From positions 1 to 26,893 of IMG/VR virus record IMGVR_UViG_3300048762_000435: a stretch of 26,893 bases of DNA; one strand, given 5' to 3'. This DNA comes from a virus (taxonomy: Duplodnaviria > Caudoviricetes). Below, piece after piece: positions 1-7,729 of this stretch. The translations under genes and the position numbers were made by a program. Under the pieces are notes generated by a model. It saw nothing but the letters and a program-made list of their open reading frames with translations. It made no database searches and had not been told where the DNA came from. The first letter of the stretch is position 1. Each line of letters opens with the position of its first letter.

Positions 1-108
1 GGCGTCCGCGTCGGCCGAGAGCCGGTTGCGCCGCCGCAGCCACAGCCCGATGCCCATGATGCCAAACACGGGCAGCACCGCCGTCAATACGGTTAAAAAC
101 TCCTTCAT
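1..108 (-). CDS. Host AEC (auxin efflux carrier)-family transporter, 5' fragment running off the window edge
   Basis: Manual translation from ATG at 108: MKEFLTVLTAVLPVFGIMGIGLWLRRRNRLSADADA; the 'vLPvF..i..G..lrr' N-terminus is typical of AEC permeases. Not in the ORF track. Confidence 0.65.
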   Translation of the reverse strand, partial: MKEFLTVLTAVLPVFGIMGIGLWLRRRNRLSADADA

Positions 109-230
109 TCCCCTGATTATAACCCGATTAAAGCCGCCAAATAAATCACAACTTGCGCGGTGAAAGCGCGGCCGCAAATCATATTGCGATTTTGTTTTCT
201 GAAAGATGTTGAGGAGACACGCCTTTGGGG

Positions 231-317
231 AAAAGCGGTGGCGGGCCACCGCACTCCAAGACGCTTCGCGTTCACGAACGCCATGGCCGTTCGCGCCAGT
301 GTCTTGGACTGCGCCAG
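231..317. repeat. Host REP-like palindromic element, right arm truncated
   Basis: AAAAGCGGTGGCGGGCCACCGCACTCCAAGACGC...GCCAGTGTCTTGGACTGCGCCAG: imperfect inverted arms (GCACTCCAAGAC / GTCTTGGACTGC) plus inner hairpin GCGGTGGC-GG-GCCACCGC; the mirror outer part of the right arm is missing. Confidence 0.55.
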
Positions 318-338
318 GGTGGAGCCGTGACGGTATCC

Positions 339-380
339 TTGAAATAGCCTGAAACAGGCTGAATGAGGCCGAAAAACAAG
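339..380. repeat. Imperfect 10-bp tandem repeats near the left end, candidate transposase-binding sites
   Basis: GAAATAGCCT / GAAACAGGCT / GAATGAGGCC / GAAAAACAAG at exact 10-bp period, just inside the presumed junction. Confidence 0.4.
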
Positions 381-466
381 CACTTCGTGGGGATTCAGGC
401 TGATTTCTGAAAAAGACCGGATTTTTCGATGGTGCGGAAAAGGTTGAAATGGGTGTCCGGAACCCC

Positions 467-495
467 AAAAAAAGGCCGGTGTCAGCGACCGGTCC
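467..495 (-). terminator. Intrinsic terminator closing the early operon
   Basis: Minus strand GGACCGGT-CGCTGAC-ACCGGCC followed by T7, overlapping the MuF stop codon. Confidence 0.5.
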
Positions 496-1291
496 ACTTC
501 ATAACGCCATCTAAAATTGTGATTTTGTCGCCGAATTCGGCCTTCAGCTTTTCAAGCAGCTCCGGTGCAAGCGTTTTGACGCTGGCCGACAGGCCGGTGT
601 TCATGTCCATGAATTTTTTTGGGGCGTGCAGGGTTTCACCTGGCTTGATCAGGCCAAGGAACTCCGCTTCGTCGCGATCCACATCCTCAACGTCGTGGCC
701 GCAACCCCAGCCCCACGGTCCCCACGGAACGCCAAAGTCATGGTTGATTTCCAGCCACCAAATAGGGTCCGTCTTCAAATAGACCTGGTCCTGAAAACGC
801 TCGTGCAGGACGCGCGGCTCATTGACGTCCATGACGCGGATAAAGCGCTGCGCGGGAAACTCGTCCAAGACGTCCGGGTCCATACCCTGTTTCCAAAAGC
901 CGAAGTCCTGGGCCTGCTGGCTCTTGATGTCAAAAATCAGCCCCAGCCGTGACTCGCTGGTGATGTCCTGCAGGTCGCCTGTGGTGCGGACGACGCCTTC
1001 CTGCTGCAAAAATTCCTGCATCTGCGTGATGAATGCAGAGCGACTGCCGGTGGCCAGCATCGTCTGGCCGTCATCTAAAGTTTTGCGGTTGCCGGCGAGG
1101 AAATCTCCCAGCAAATCCTGGGCGCGTTGCAGCACCCTGATGGATTCAATGCGGGAACTGAAAAAGGCATTCTCGCGAAGCTCTACGGGCAGGTCACTCC
1201 ACTCGCTCGATGTCAACGTGCTGCCGACAACGGACTGGTCGCCCAGCTTGTCGGTGGCTTCCTTGAACGGAATGGGTGCGATGAATTCCAT
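482..1291 (-). CDS. MuF (Mu gp30 / SPP1 gp7-like) head morphogenesis protein, short form
   Basis: PIPFKEA..., AFFSSRI, RLGLIFD..SQQA...G, PR..H....VY..TDPIWW, PWGPWGWGCG..VEDV follow the MuF motif order. Confidence 0.8.
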   Translation of the reverse strand: MEFIAPIPFKEATDKLGDQSVVGSTLTSSEWSDLPVELRENAFFSSRIESIRVLQRAQDLLGDFLAGNRKTLDDGQTMLATGSRSAFITQMQEFLQQEGVVRTTGDLQDITSESRLGLIFDIKSQQAQDFGFWKQGMDPDVLDEFPAQRFIRVMDVNEPRVLHERFQDQVYLKTDPIWWLEINHDFGVPWGPWGWGCGHDVEDVDRDEAEFLGLIKPGETLHAPKKFMDMNTGLSASVKTLAPELLEKLKAEFGDKITILDGVMKWTGR

Positions 1292-1293
1292 TT

Positions 1294-1629
1294 TTAGAAC
1301 ATCTGAATGTGTTTCATCTCTTGACTAGTTATATACCGTGTGCCGGTGAACTCAAGGCCACAATAGGGGCAAAAGGATGGAATTTCAATGTCGCAGTGCG
1401 TGCAAAAAAAGTAGTTTTTGCAGCGGGGACATGCGCAACACTGGACATCAATAGTCACGTTGTCCCCACGGTGAAATGCCACTTTAATCAAGTCCCTGGG
1501 CGACGGAGGTGGATTGCCAACCCAGATCGTTAGGCATGGAATTAGATTAACGCAGAGCCGATGCTGGAATTTGGACCAGTGAACGCCGATCCAGAGGCTG
1601 CCAGTTCGAAATAGGATTCCTGCTTTCAT
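1294..1629 (-). CDS. Hypothetical protein with C-terminal Zn-ribbon
   Basis: CPRC...CTHC...CPYCG; ATGA overlap with the upstream gene. Confidence 0.7.
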   Translation of the reverse strand: MKAGILFRTGSLWIGVHWSKFQHRLCVNLIPCLTIWVGNPPPSPRDLIKVAFHRGDNVTIDVQCCACPRCKNYFFCTHCDIEIPSFCPYCGLEFTGTRYITSQEMKHIQMF

Positions 1630-1970
1630 CCAAAAATCTTGTGCGCATTGGCGCGGATGCTTAAAGCTCGTTCGAACAATTCTTTGCCCTCACTTTCGAG
1701 CCAGTTGGCTGCATGGTCTAGCTCCTCGGCTGTGGAGTGTTCCATGTGTTTATACCCCTTTTGGCCGCTAATGATCCATTTGCTCATGCTGACTGGCTTG
1801 CGCAGCCATCGGCGGTTATTTTCTGTTGCTGGCCGGCCGATTGAGACGAGCAGTTCGTTGGCATTGTGCCATCCTTTGTTGTTGCGCAAATAGGTTTCGA
1901 TCCAGGCGACGTCGGAATCCACCGTGTGCGGCGGCTGCTTGAAAAGCTCCTGTTGCGCGGGGGTGTTCAC
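1626..1970 (-). CDS. Phage winged-helix-like DNA-binding protein
   Basis: RRWLR...IISGQKGY...TAEE...WLES pattern; probable GTG start at 1970 right after the DUF2786 stop (the track's 2102 start overlaps that gene). Confidence 0.6.
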   Translation of the reverse strand: MNTPAQQELFKQPPHTVDSDVAWIETYLRNNKGWHNANELLVSIGRPATENNRRWLRKPVSMSKWIISGQKGYKHMEHSTAEELDHAANWLESEGKELFERALSIRANAHKIFG

Positions 1971-1971
1971 A

Positions 1972-2643
1972 TTAAGACAAGCTGGAACGAATTTCAGTTT
2001 TCCTGCCAACAACATAGCCGGCATATTTGGCCACGGCTGAATCGCTATTGTCTTTAAACCCTTCTTTCTTCGTCTCGCCAAAGGTTTTTTGCATGTACTC
2101 ATTGCGGCGAATGAGCTGCTGGTCCAGACGGATCAGGCCGCTACCAGACACTTCCTGAACGCGCTGGTCCTGCAACTTCCGGCAAAGCCCCTGGAAAATC
2201 CCGTCCATGAAGGAATGGCGATGGCGAATGCGTTTATTCTCGCGATGGTTCCAGGAACGGCGGAAATGACCAACCAAGAATCGGAAAATATAAATAGCGA
2301 TCTGTTGGTCGCTGGCTGTGCCAATAAAGACAATTTTGAAGTCGCGCCAACGATAGCAGGTGCGCGCTGGAGCATTAGTGATAAGGGCTTTGACGTTGAA
2401 AAAATTCTCGCATACCAGCGCGGCATACCTGCATTCATCCTGCAGGCGGGCAGATGTCATGGCATCCATGTGGCCGATTGGCTTTGCTTCCGGCGCGTCA
2501 GGATCAATGGCATCCAAGTCAATGCCGTGCTTGCGCGCCAGCTCGGCAGCCATGGCAAGGGCATTAGCAATTTCACCAGGTGTACCGCCACGCTTCATCC
2601 GCAACAGCTTCTTCAATTTTTCAATGATGGGGTCCTGGGTCAT
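1972..2643 (-). CDS. DUF2786-family protein
   Basis: IIEKLKKLLRM....TPGEIANALAMAAELARKHGI N-terminus, then FIG...D...A.YIF..L and SFMDG motifs. Confidence 0.85.
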   Translation of the reverse strand: MTQDPIIEKLKKLLRMKRGGTPGEIANALAMAAELARKHGIDLDAIDPDAPEAKPIGHMDAMTSARLQDECRYAALVCENFFNVKALITNAPARTCYRWRDFKIVFIGTASDQQIAIYIFRFLVGHFRRSWNHRENKRIRHRHSFMDGIFQGLCRKLQDQRVQEVSGSGLIRLDQQLIRRNEYMQKTFGETKKEGFKDNSDSAVAKYAGYVVGRKTEIRSSLS

Positions 2644-2930
2644 AAGCCTAAAAGTTTTAATGATGGTTTCACGCCGAGCGATTTCATCGCCGCCGGTGAA
2701 GAGACGTCGTCATCCGTGGGTTCGCTGCGCAGGATTTGTTCCCACGAAACGGTTTGAATGCCGACTTGGGTTTGCCTGTCTTGGTTGGGCCAAAAGACCT
2801 CTCTTTTCTGATGGGAAATATATTTACTTTCCAACATCACAGCGCCGGCGAGAGCTTTGCAGACTGCGGCCGCGGCGACATCGTTCTTCACGATGAAATG
2901 GTAAAAGCCAATGTTTAGAATAATGGGCAT
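2640..2930 (-). CDS. Hypothetical protein (96 aa)
   Basis: Start re-called at MPIILNIG (2930), 4 nt after the upstream stop; ATGA overlap with the downstream gene. Confidence 0.7.
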   Translation of the reverse strand: MPIILNIGFYHFIVKNDVAAAAVCKALAGAVMLESKYISHQKREVFWPNQDRQTQVGIQTVSWEQILRSEPTDDDVSSPAAMKSLGVKPSLKLLGL

Positions 2931-2934
2931 CGTG

Positions 2935-3540
2935 TCAAAATGGTTCAACGTCTGGGTCGGGTACCGGCGCGTACGTGGCGGCCGGGCGCGGATAAAAATT
3001 GCGGTACCCGCTTGCGGGGCGGATGTGGACCTTTTTGCAAATCCAGCGAAGTTTGCCGATATCCAAGTCCTGCCAGTTTTTGGTGCCGAACGCGTTGCTG
3101 GCGATGGCAATCAGGACGCCTTCGTGCGCCTGCTTGCGCAGGTAGGCGACGAAGCTGTCGTGCTCGGCATTTTCAGGGTTCAACCAGTTCATGATCAAAC
3201 CTGTGTTTTCCGGATCAGCCAATAATAAAAAAAGGGCGATCACCTTGTTGGTTTGTTTGTTATCGAGACCCTCGCTGCTCAAACGGCAACTCACGACGTA
3301 ATTGCAGGCATGGCGCAGATCCGTGGCTATCACGGCGCGGTGGCCGGCCAGGGCCAAATGCTCCGCGATTTCAACGATTTTAAAGTAGAGATCGTGCGCG
3401 GGACCGCGCCATGAGTCATAGGTAATCTTCTGTGCGGCCAGATCAGTGGCCAGCCGACCATGAACCATCACCCAACCGTTCTTGGCAGCACAGGCATTCC
3501 ATTTCGGGAAATAAAAATTGCGTTGTTGGGCGGTGGTCAT
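2935..3540 (-). CDS. Possible GemA/Mu gp16-like protein
   Basis: SSEGLDNKQTNKVIALF and AFGTKNWQDLDIGKLRWI weakly resemble the two GemA helical motifs; position fits. The ORF is solid, the family is tentative. Confidence 0.45.
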   Translation of the reverse strand: MTTAQQRNFYFPKWNACAAKNGWVMVHGRLATDLAAQKITYDSWRGPAHDLYFKIVEIAEHLALAGHRAVIATDLRHACNYVVSCRLSSEGLDNKQTNKVIALFLLLADPENTGLIMNWLNPENAEHDSFVAYLRKQAHEGVLIAIASNAFGTKNWQDLDIGKLRWICKKVHIRPASGYRNFYPRPAATYAPVPDPDVEPF

Positions 3541-3800
3541 TTTGCTTCTCGCTTCACGAATTTAAGAAAGCCGCTCTCACGAACTGCTTTTCCCATAAGC
3601 TCCAAGAATCTGTGTTGTGAGGCTGAAAATTCCAGTTTATTGGCTTCGATCACATCGTCTTTAAGGTCAATAAAAATGGCAAATTTGGTTTCCTTCGGGG
3701 CAGTCCTTTTGGGGCCCCCTGATTCTGGTCCGTCGCATCCTTCTTCGCATTCGACCTGACCTTCAGGCAGGTCGCGTCCGCATTTCCAGCAGCTACTCAT
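3537..3800 (-). CDS. Small Zn-finger protein
   Basis: CWKCG...CEEGC; overlaps both neighbours. Confidence 0.7.
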   Translation of the reverse strand: MSSCWKCGRDLPEGQVECEEGCDGPESGGPKRTAPKETKFAIFIDLKDDVIEANKLEFSASQHRFLELMGKAVRESGFLKFVKREAK

Positions 3801-4293
3801 GATTTATCTCCTTTGGTGTTTGGCGCGAGGCGACAGGCGTCGGGCGCGTGGTAAAGGGAATGACGTGCATCGTCTGGCCGCGGCGCTTCAGGTCGCTCAG
3901 GACGTCGTCCTTGTGGGGCGTGCAATAGCGGAAATGGTTTTCCCGCTGCCACTCTGCAGGCTCGTTGCAGGGAACCTGCCGGCCCGCCTCGTTGTGGATT
4001 AAAAACTGGCAGCCGTTGGGATCGGCGGCGGGGATTTCATGGGTGCCACCTGCGGCCAGGGGATACGGCATCCTGATTTCCTTTTCGTCACCGTGCTTCA
4101 TCCGCAACCGGTCGGCGGCCGCACGCCGCGCTGGGGTGAACCAGAGCGAGGGGCGCGAGGAGCTGCAAAAGCTGCCAACAAAGGAGCTGTCCCACTCGTC
4201 CACGTTCAATCCGTTCTTGGGTCGGATGGCGCGGGCCAATGCCTGCATAAAAGCGAGGCGGTCCAGATCGGTGATGGCAGAGTTTGGGATCAT
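3793..4293 (-). CDS. Hypothetical protein with C-terminal C-C-C-H Zn-binding motif
   Basis: Start re-called at MIPNSA (ATGA overlap with the ASCH stop); GCQF...PCNEPA...YCTPH. Confidence 0.7.
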   Translation of the reverse strand: MIPNSAITDLDRLAFMQALARAIRPKNGLNVDEWDSSFVGSFCSSSRPSLWFTPARRAAADRLRMKHGDEKEIRMPYPLAAGGTHEIPAADPNGCQFLIHNEAGRQVPCNEPAEWQRENHFRYCTPHKDDVLSDLKRRGQTMHVIPFTTRPTPVASRQTPKEINHE

Positions 4294-4745
4294 AGCTTTT
4301 CGCGGACTTTTGCTTCCACGTCCGGCGGCAGGTTGAACAGGCTCTGGTGACCGATAACCGGCACCGTTTTTTTTAGCCGGCGCACATTTTTCAATGACAG
4401 CCCCCACCTTTCCGGGGAAAAATCGCCCAGCGCCAGTTCGGTTTCGGAAATTGAAGGCTTCAAATATTCAGTCGCATTGACCGCATAAATCTCGGCCACG
4501 GCAACGACACAGCCGAGTGGGAGATAATCCCAGGTGAACTGGTCCGCCTTTACAAAGGCCGCCCGGATTTTATCGTGCTCGGTCAGCAGGTCATTGAAGA
4601 TTTCCACCAAGTCTGGCGTGTTTTTTTTGGCGGCGCAGATGGCAATCTCGCCGAGGTAATTGCTTCGCCGGCTGCGCGTCTCAATGCGCTTGAGTCCCAG
4701 CGCGATCGCGCTGGCCCAGGGCTGCCATAGGGAAATTGCTTTCAT
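4290..4745 (-). CDS. ASCH-domain protein
   Basis: MKAISLWQPWASAIALGLKRIETRSR...GEIAICA...G.QSLFN is the ASCH signature. Confidence 0.93.
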   Translation of the reverse strand: MKAISLWQPWASAIALGLKRIETRSRRSNYLGEIAICAAKKNTPDLVEIFNDLLTEHDKIRAAFVKADQFTWDYLPLGCVVAVAEIYAVNATEYLKPSISETELALGDFSPERWGLSLKNVRRLKKTVPVIGHQSLFNLPPDVEAKVREKL

Positions 4746-4749
4746 GGGG

Positions 4750-5073
4750 TTATTCGTAAATCTTTTCCTGCGTGGGCAACGCTTCCTTTCGTAGCTGCTC
4801 GTAGGCTTTGAACAAATCAGATTTGCCGCGTAGATGGTAGGAGCGCTTCTGACCGCGGGTGTTCAATCCGCTGGACGCAAACTTTTCCTTCCTACGGTAA
4901 TAATTTTCCAGCACGTGTTGCCGGGTGTTCTGGAGACGGGCGTTTTCCATTTCCTCCCGCCGCCAGGCCATGTTTGCCTCTGGACCAAAGATGAAGTTTT
5001 CGTGGCGCTGCCGGACCTTGCCGGTGGTGGTGAGACCTTGGGCCAGGAATTCCACCTTCTTGCGTTTCTTCCC
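4750..5073 (-). CDS. Basic repeat-containing segment; start uncertain (GTG 5055, or +1-frame continuation of the upstream gene)
   Basis: Internal repeat KVEFLAQGLTTTGKVR / KEKFASSGLNTRGQKR; stop lies 4 nt before the ASCH start. Confidence 0.5.
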   Translation of the reverse strand, partial: GKKRKKVEFLAQGLTTTGKVRQRHENFIFGPEANMAWRREEMENARLQNTRQHVLENYYRRKEKFASSGLNTRGQKRSYHLRGKSDLFKAYEQLRKEALPTQEKIYE

Positions 5074-5398
5074 GCCGCTTCCGGCGGGCGTCCCTTTCGT
5101 GCAGGCGCAGAAGCCGGTCAAGCTCGGCGGCAATGAGCGCACCCGCTTTTTCGAGGTTCCGAATTTTGTCGTCGCTGGGTTTCCAACTGGACTGGTCAAA
5201 AGGCCACGCCGGCGGCGGCGTCATTTGATTGGCTCCTCCTACGATATGGCCGTTTGATTGGATCGCTGCCAGCAAAGCGTAGCCATGAGCTGCGGCAGCC
5301 AGTTCGCCACGAGTATGTTTGTCATCGTGTTCCGGCTGGTAGCCTTCAAATGTGAGTTGCCGCTCACGTTCGGCGGCGATGAGTTGGATGCCGTTCAT
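4892..5398 (-). CDS. Conserved phage hypothetical protein (ERxRQ...EHDD...WP...WKP family)
   Basis: IAAERERQ...EGYQPEHDDKH..GELAAAA..YA...WPF...WKP...RNLEKAGALIAAELDRL; residues after about aa 108 look out of frame. Confidence 0.8.
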   Translation of the reverse strand: MNGIQLIAAERERQLTFEGYQPEHDDKHTRGELAAAAHGYALLAAIQSNGHIVGGANQMTPPPAWPFDQSSWKPSDDKIRNLEKAGALIAAELDRLLRLHERDARRKRREETQEGGIPGPRSHHHRQGPAAPRKLHLWSRGKHGLAAGGNGKRPSPEHPATRAGKLLP

Positions 5399-5880
5399 TT
5401 TTCCTCCTTCCGGGCGTCGGCCCAGCAGATTTTAACGTCAGACTTGGCGATGCCAGCCTTGTCGCGTGCGACGCAGGCGGTGATGAAGGCGGGGGCTTGC
5501 TCACCAAAAATTTCAAACGCGTGCTTGCGGAATTTTTTCCCGTCGTCGAACACGGCCTCGAATTTGTTCACCGGCTTGAAAAACTCCGGCAGCTTGCCGG
5601 CGGCCACCGCCAGGATGGTCTTGTGGACTTTGCTCTCGGCGGTGAAGCTGCCGATGAGCTTGTCATCGGTAAAAATCAGTGGCACGTCCTGGTCGCTGCC
5701 ATGGGCAAACCAGCACTTGCCGCCGCGATCAGCGTCCTGCAGCGGCTGATGCTCGCCGCGCTGGCCGGCTTGCAGGCCGGCCATTTCAAGCCGGGTCTCA
5801 ATGTTCTTCAGCTCCGTCTGGAGCTTCTTGATTTCGGCCAGGATTTCCAGGCCACGATCAACATCGGCTCGCAGGCTCAT
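5395..5880 (-). CDS. Hypothetical protein with N-terminal coiled coil (Gam/DUF3164-like position)
   Basis: ATGA overlaps on both sides; heptad N-terminus; family unverified. Confidence 0.7.
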   Translation of the reverse strand: MSLRADVDRGLEILAEIKKLQTELKNIETRLEMAGLQAGQRGEHQPLQDADRGGKCWFAHGSDQDVPLIFTDDKLIGSFTAESKVHKTILAVAAGKLPEFFKPVNKFEAVFDDGKKFRKHAFEIFGEQAPAFITACVARDKAGIAKSDVKICWADARKEEK

Positions 5881-6119
5881 GACAGCCTCCCGGTTAAGAT
5901 GGCGATGCGTTTGTCCTGCCGGGCCAGGTCTTTGGCGGCACAGCGTTCGAGTGATTGCAGTTCGCGGGAGGCGGTCTGGATGATTTTGCGCTGCTCGTTC
6001 TGGTCTTTGGAATAGACCTTGGACAAGAAACGGCGGTTGCGTTTCAGCTCGCGCAGTTCGGCTCGGATTTGGGATTTCATGGTCATAAAAACACGGGGTA
6101 AATTTGAGAGTTTTTTCAT
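5877..6119 (-). CDS. Small basic coiled-coil protein
   Basis: ATGA overlaps on both sides. Confidence 0.7.
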   Translation of the reverse strand: MKKLSNLPRVFMTMKSQIRAELRELKRNRRFLSKVYSKDQNEQRKIIQTASRELQSLERCAAKDLARQDKRIAILTGRLS

Positions 6120-6322
6120 CGGTAAAAGAGTTGGATGGTTACGGTGATCAGCGCGCCGGCGACAAAGGCCAGGGCCATCGTCGCCAGCCAGTCAATTCGC
6201 TCGCGGTTCCGGCGGTGGATGATTTCTTGGTTGATGGTGTCGGCCTCGTCAAAAAAAGCCGGGGCCGGCAAGCCGCCGGGTGAGGGCACCCGGCCTAAAA
6301 CGGGAAGCGGTGGGGTTTTCAT
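6116..6322 (-). CDS. Small protein with C-terminal TM helix
   Basis: Start re-called at MKTPPLP (ATGA overlap); WLATMALAFVAGALITVTIQLFY. Confidence 0.65.
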   Translation of the reverse strand: MKTPPLPVLGRVPSPGGLPAPAFFDEADTINQEIIHRRNRERIDWLATMALAFVAGALITVTIQLFYR

Positions 6323-6495
6323 TTCTCCCTCCAGAGGATGATGCGGATCGTGATCCACCAGAGGCCGATGCCGACGAATAATTGTTTACGCGTCTCGTCG
6401 AGTTCTTTGACGACGAAATAGCCGCACGTGATTGAAGCGCCGAGGACGCGGGCAAATTCCGTGTTTGGCCCGGTGCGATGAAGATTGACGATCAT
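6319..6495 (-). CDS. Hypothetical protein (58 aa)
   Basis: MIVNLHRTG...; ATGA overlaps on both sides, GGAGG upstream. Confidence 0.65.
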   Translation of the reverse strand: MIVNLHRTGPNTEFARVLGASITCGYFVVKELDETRKQLFVGIGLWWITIRIILWREK

Positions 6496-6728
6496 TTGGC
6501 CCTCCGTTCTATGATGCCCAAGCAGGCGGCGCAATTGACTGGGCCGATGTCGCCCTGCCATGACGGTGGTCTGCGCGCCTGGAAGCCACCACCGCACAAT
6601 GGCTGGCCGTCCTGGCGCTCGGCATGGACCTTGTGATGTTCGGATTTCGACAGGCCGCGACGGGGCATCAGCAGCAACTGCCGGGCCGTCGGCGAGATGG
6701 CTTCGAGCAAGGAGATTGCCGCACTCAT
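6492..6728 (-). CDS. Small H-C-CxxC Zn-binding protein (78 aa)
   Basis: Start at MSAAISL (ATGA overlap with the MuB stop, AGGAGG upstream); KVH...PLCG...VNCAAC. Confidence 0.7.
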   Translation of the reverse strand: MSAAISLLEAISPTARQLLLMPRRGLSKSEHHKVHAERQDGQPLCGGGFQARRPPSWQGDIGPVNCAACLGIIERRAK

Positions 6729-7708
6729 TTGGCCTCCTTGCGGGCGGTGTTGCTGCGCGTTGAGTTGATGAGCTTGGTGCCAGCCTTGATGTAGCACTTG
6801 AGCCAGTCCTTTTCCGTGCCGCCTTCGCGGATGTTCGCGGCCAGCGTGAGCTGCTTGCGTGCGCGCCGGCTGTGGCCGAACTCGCAAATGGTCTGGGTGA
6901 CGGCTTCCACCAGTTCGTTGCCGGCGCCGGGGGTGAATTGGTCCACCAGGTAACGGGCGGACGTGTCCTCGTCGTTCTTGTTCTGCGCCTGATGGACGAG
7001 GCCTATTCGCGAAATCATTTTGCCGGCGCGATCGGCGGCGGCGATCTTTTCCACCACCTCGTTATTTCCGATCAGGCAAATCGGCAACCCGGTGGCGTCC
7101 TGCAAAGAGAACAGCCACCGAAAGGCGGTGACATAGAGCAGCTCGGCATCGTCCACAATCAGCAGACGCTCGGTGCCGCGCAGTTGCTTCTCCAACCATT
7201 CCCATTTGCTGCCCTGGCCATCCCATTTCTCGGCGGAGCTGGCGCAGAATTCGTCGAACACCATCCGCATCAGGTCCCATTCGCTCGCGCCGTAGGGGTA
7301 CTTGGCCACGACGTAAAGGCTGTCCGGGTTGTCCCGGCAAAAGAGGATCGCGCCGGATGTCTTGCCGTAACCGCCATCGCCCACGATGACACCGATGTCG
7401 CCGGTGCGGCGGATCTGCCGCATGGTGGCAGCGACGTCGCGGGTGACGGAATTTTCGTAGAGGGAGTTTTTCTGTTTCATGCCGCGGGCGACATGGCGCA
7501 GGAAGGCGTGAATGGCGGCTTCGACTTTGGCCGCATCCGGCTCGGCCTTGTTGCCGGGCTTGTCCAGATTCAGGTACTTGGCGACGCGGGTGGTCGAGAA
7601 ATCACCGGCCAGCCGTTTGGTGAATTGCGCCTGCGTCAGCTCGTTGGCGGCAATGTACTTTTCCGCCTCAGCGCGGGTTGCTTCGTTGAATTTCCAATCG
7701 TTCATCAT
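6725..7708 (-). CDS. MuB-like transposition AAA+ ATPase
   Basis: N-terminal HTH (LTQAQF...STTRVAKYL), Walker A GDGGYGKT, Walker B LLIVDDAE, ICLIGN, MISRIG; directly follows the transposase. Confidence 0.92.
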   Translation of the reverse strand: MMNDWKFNEATRAEAEKYIAANELTQAQFTKRLAGDFSTTRVAKYLNLDKPGNKAEPDAAKVEAAIHAFLRHVARGMKQKNSLYENSVTRDVAATMRQIRRTGDIGVIVGDGGYGKTSGAILFCRDNPDSLYVVAKYPYGASEWDLMRMVFDEFCASSAEKWDGQGSKWEWLEKQLRGTERLLIVDDAELLYVTAFRWLFSLQDATGLPICLIGNNEVVEKIAAADRAGKMISRIGLVHQAQNKNDEDTSARYLVDQFTPGAGNELVEAVTQTICEFGHSRRARKQLTLAANIREGGTEKDWLKCYIKAGTKLINSTRSNTARKEAK

Positions 7709-7729
7709 TTCTCCTTGGTTGTTGGTTTA

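Noticed and set aside
117-497. 126-aa minus-strand ORF
   Set aside because: Spans the terminator, presumed junction and REP; no coding signature.
482-1291. MuF polymorphic toxin system
   Set aside because: MuF is short, with no toxin extension and no downstream immunity ORF.
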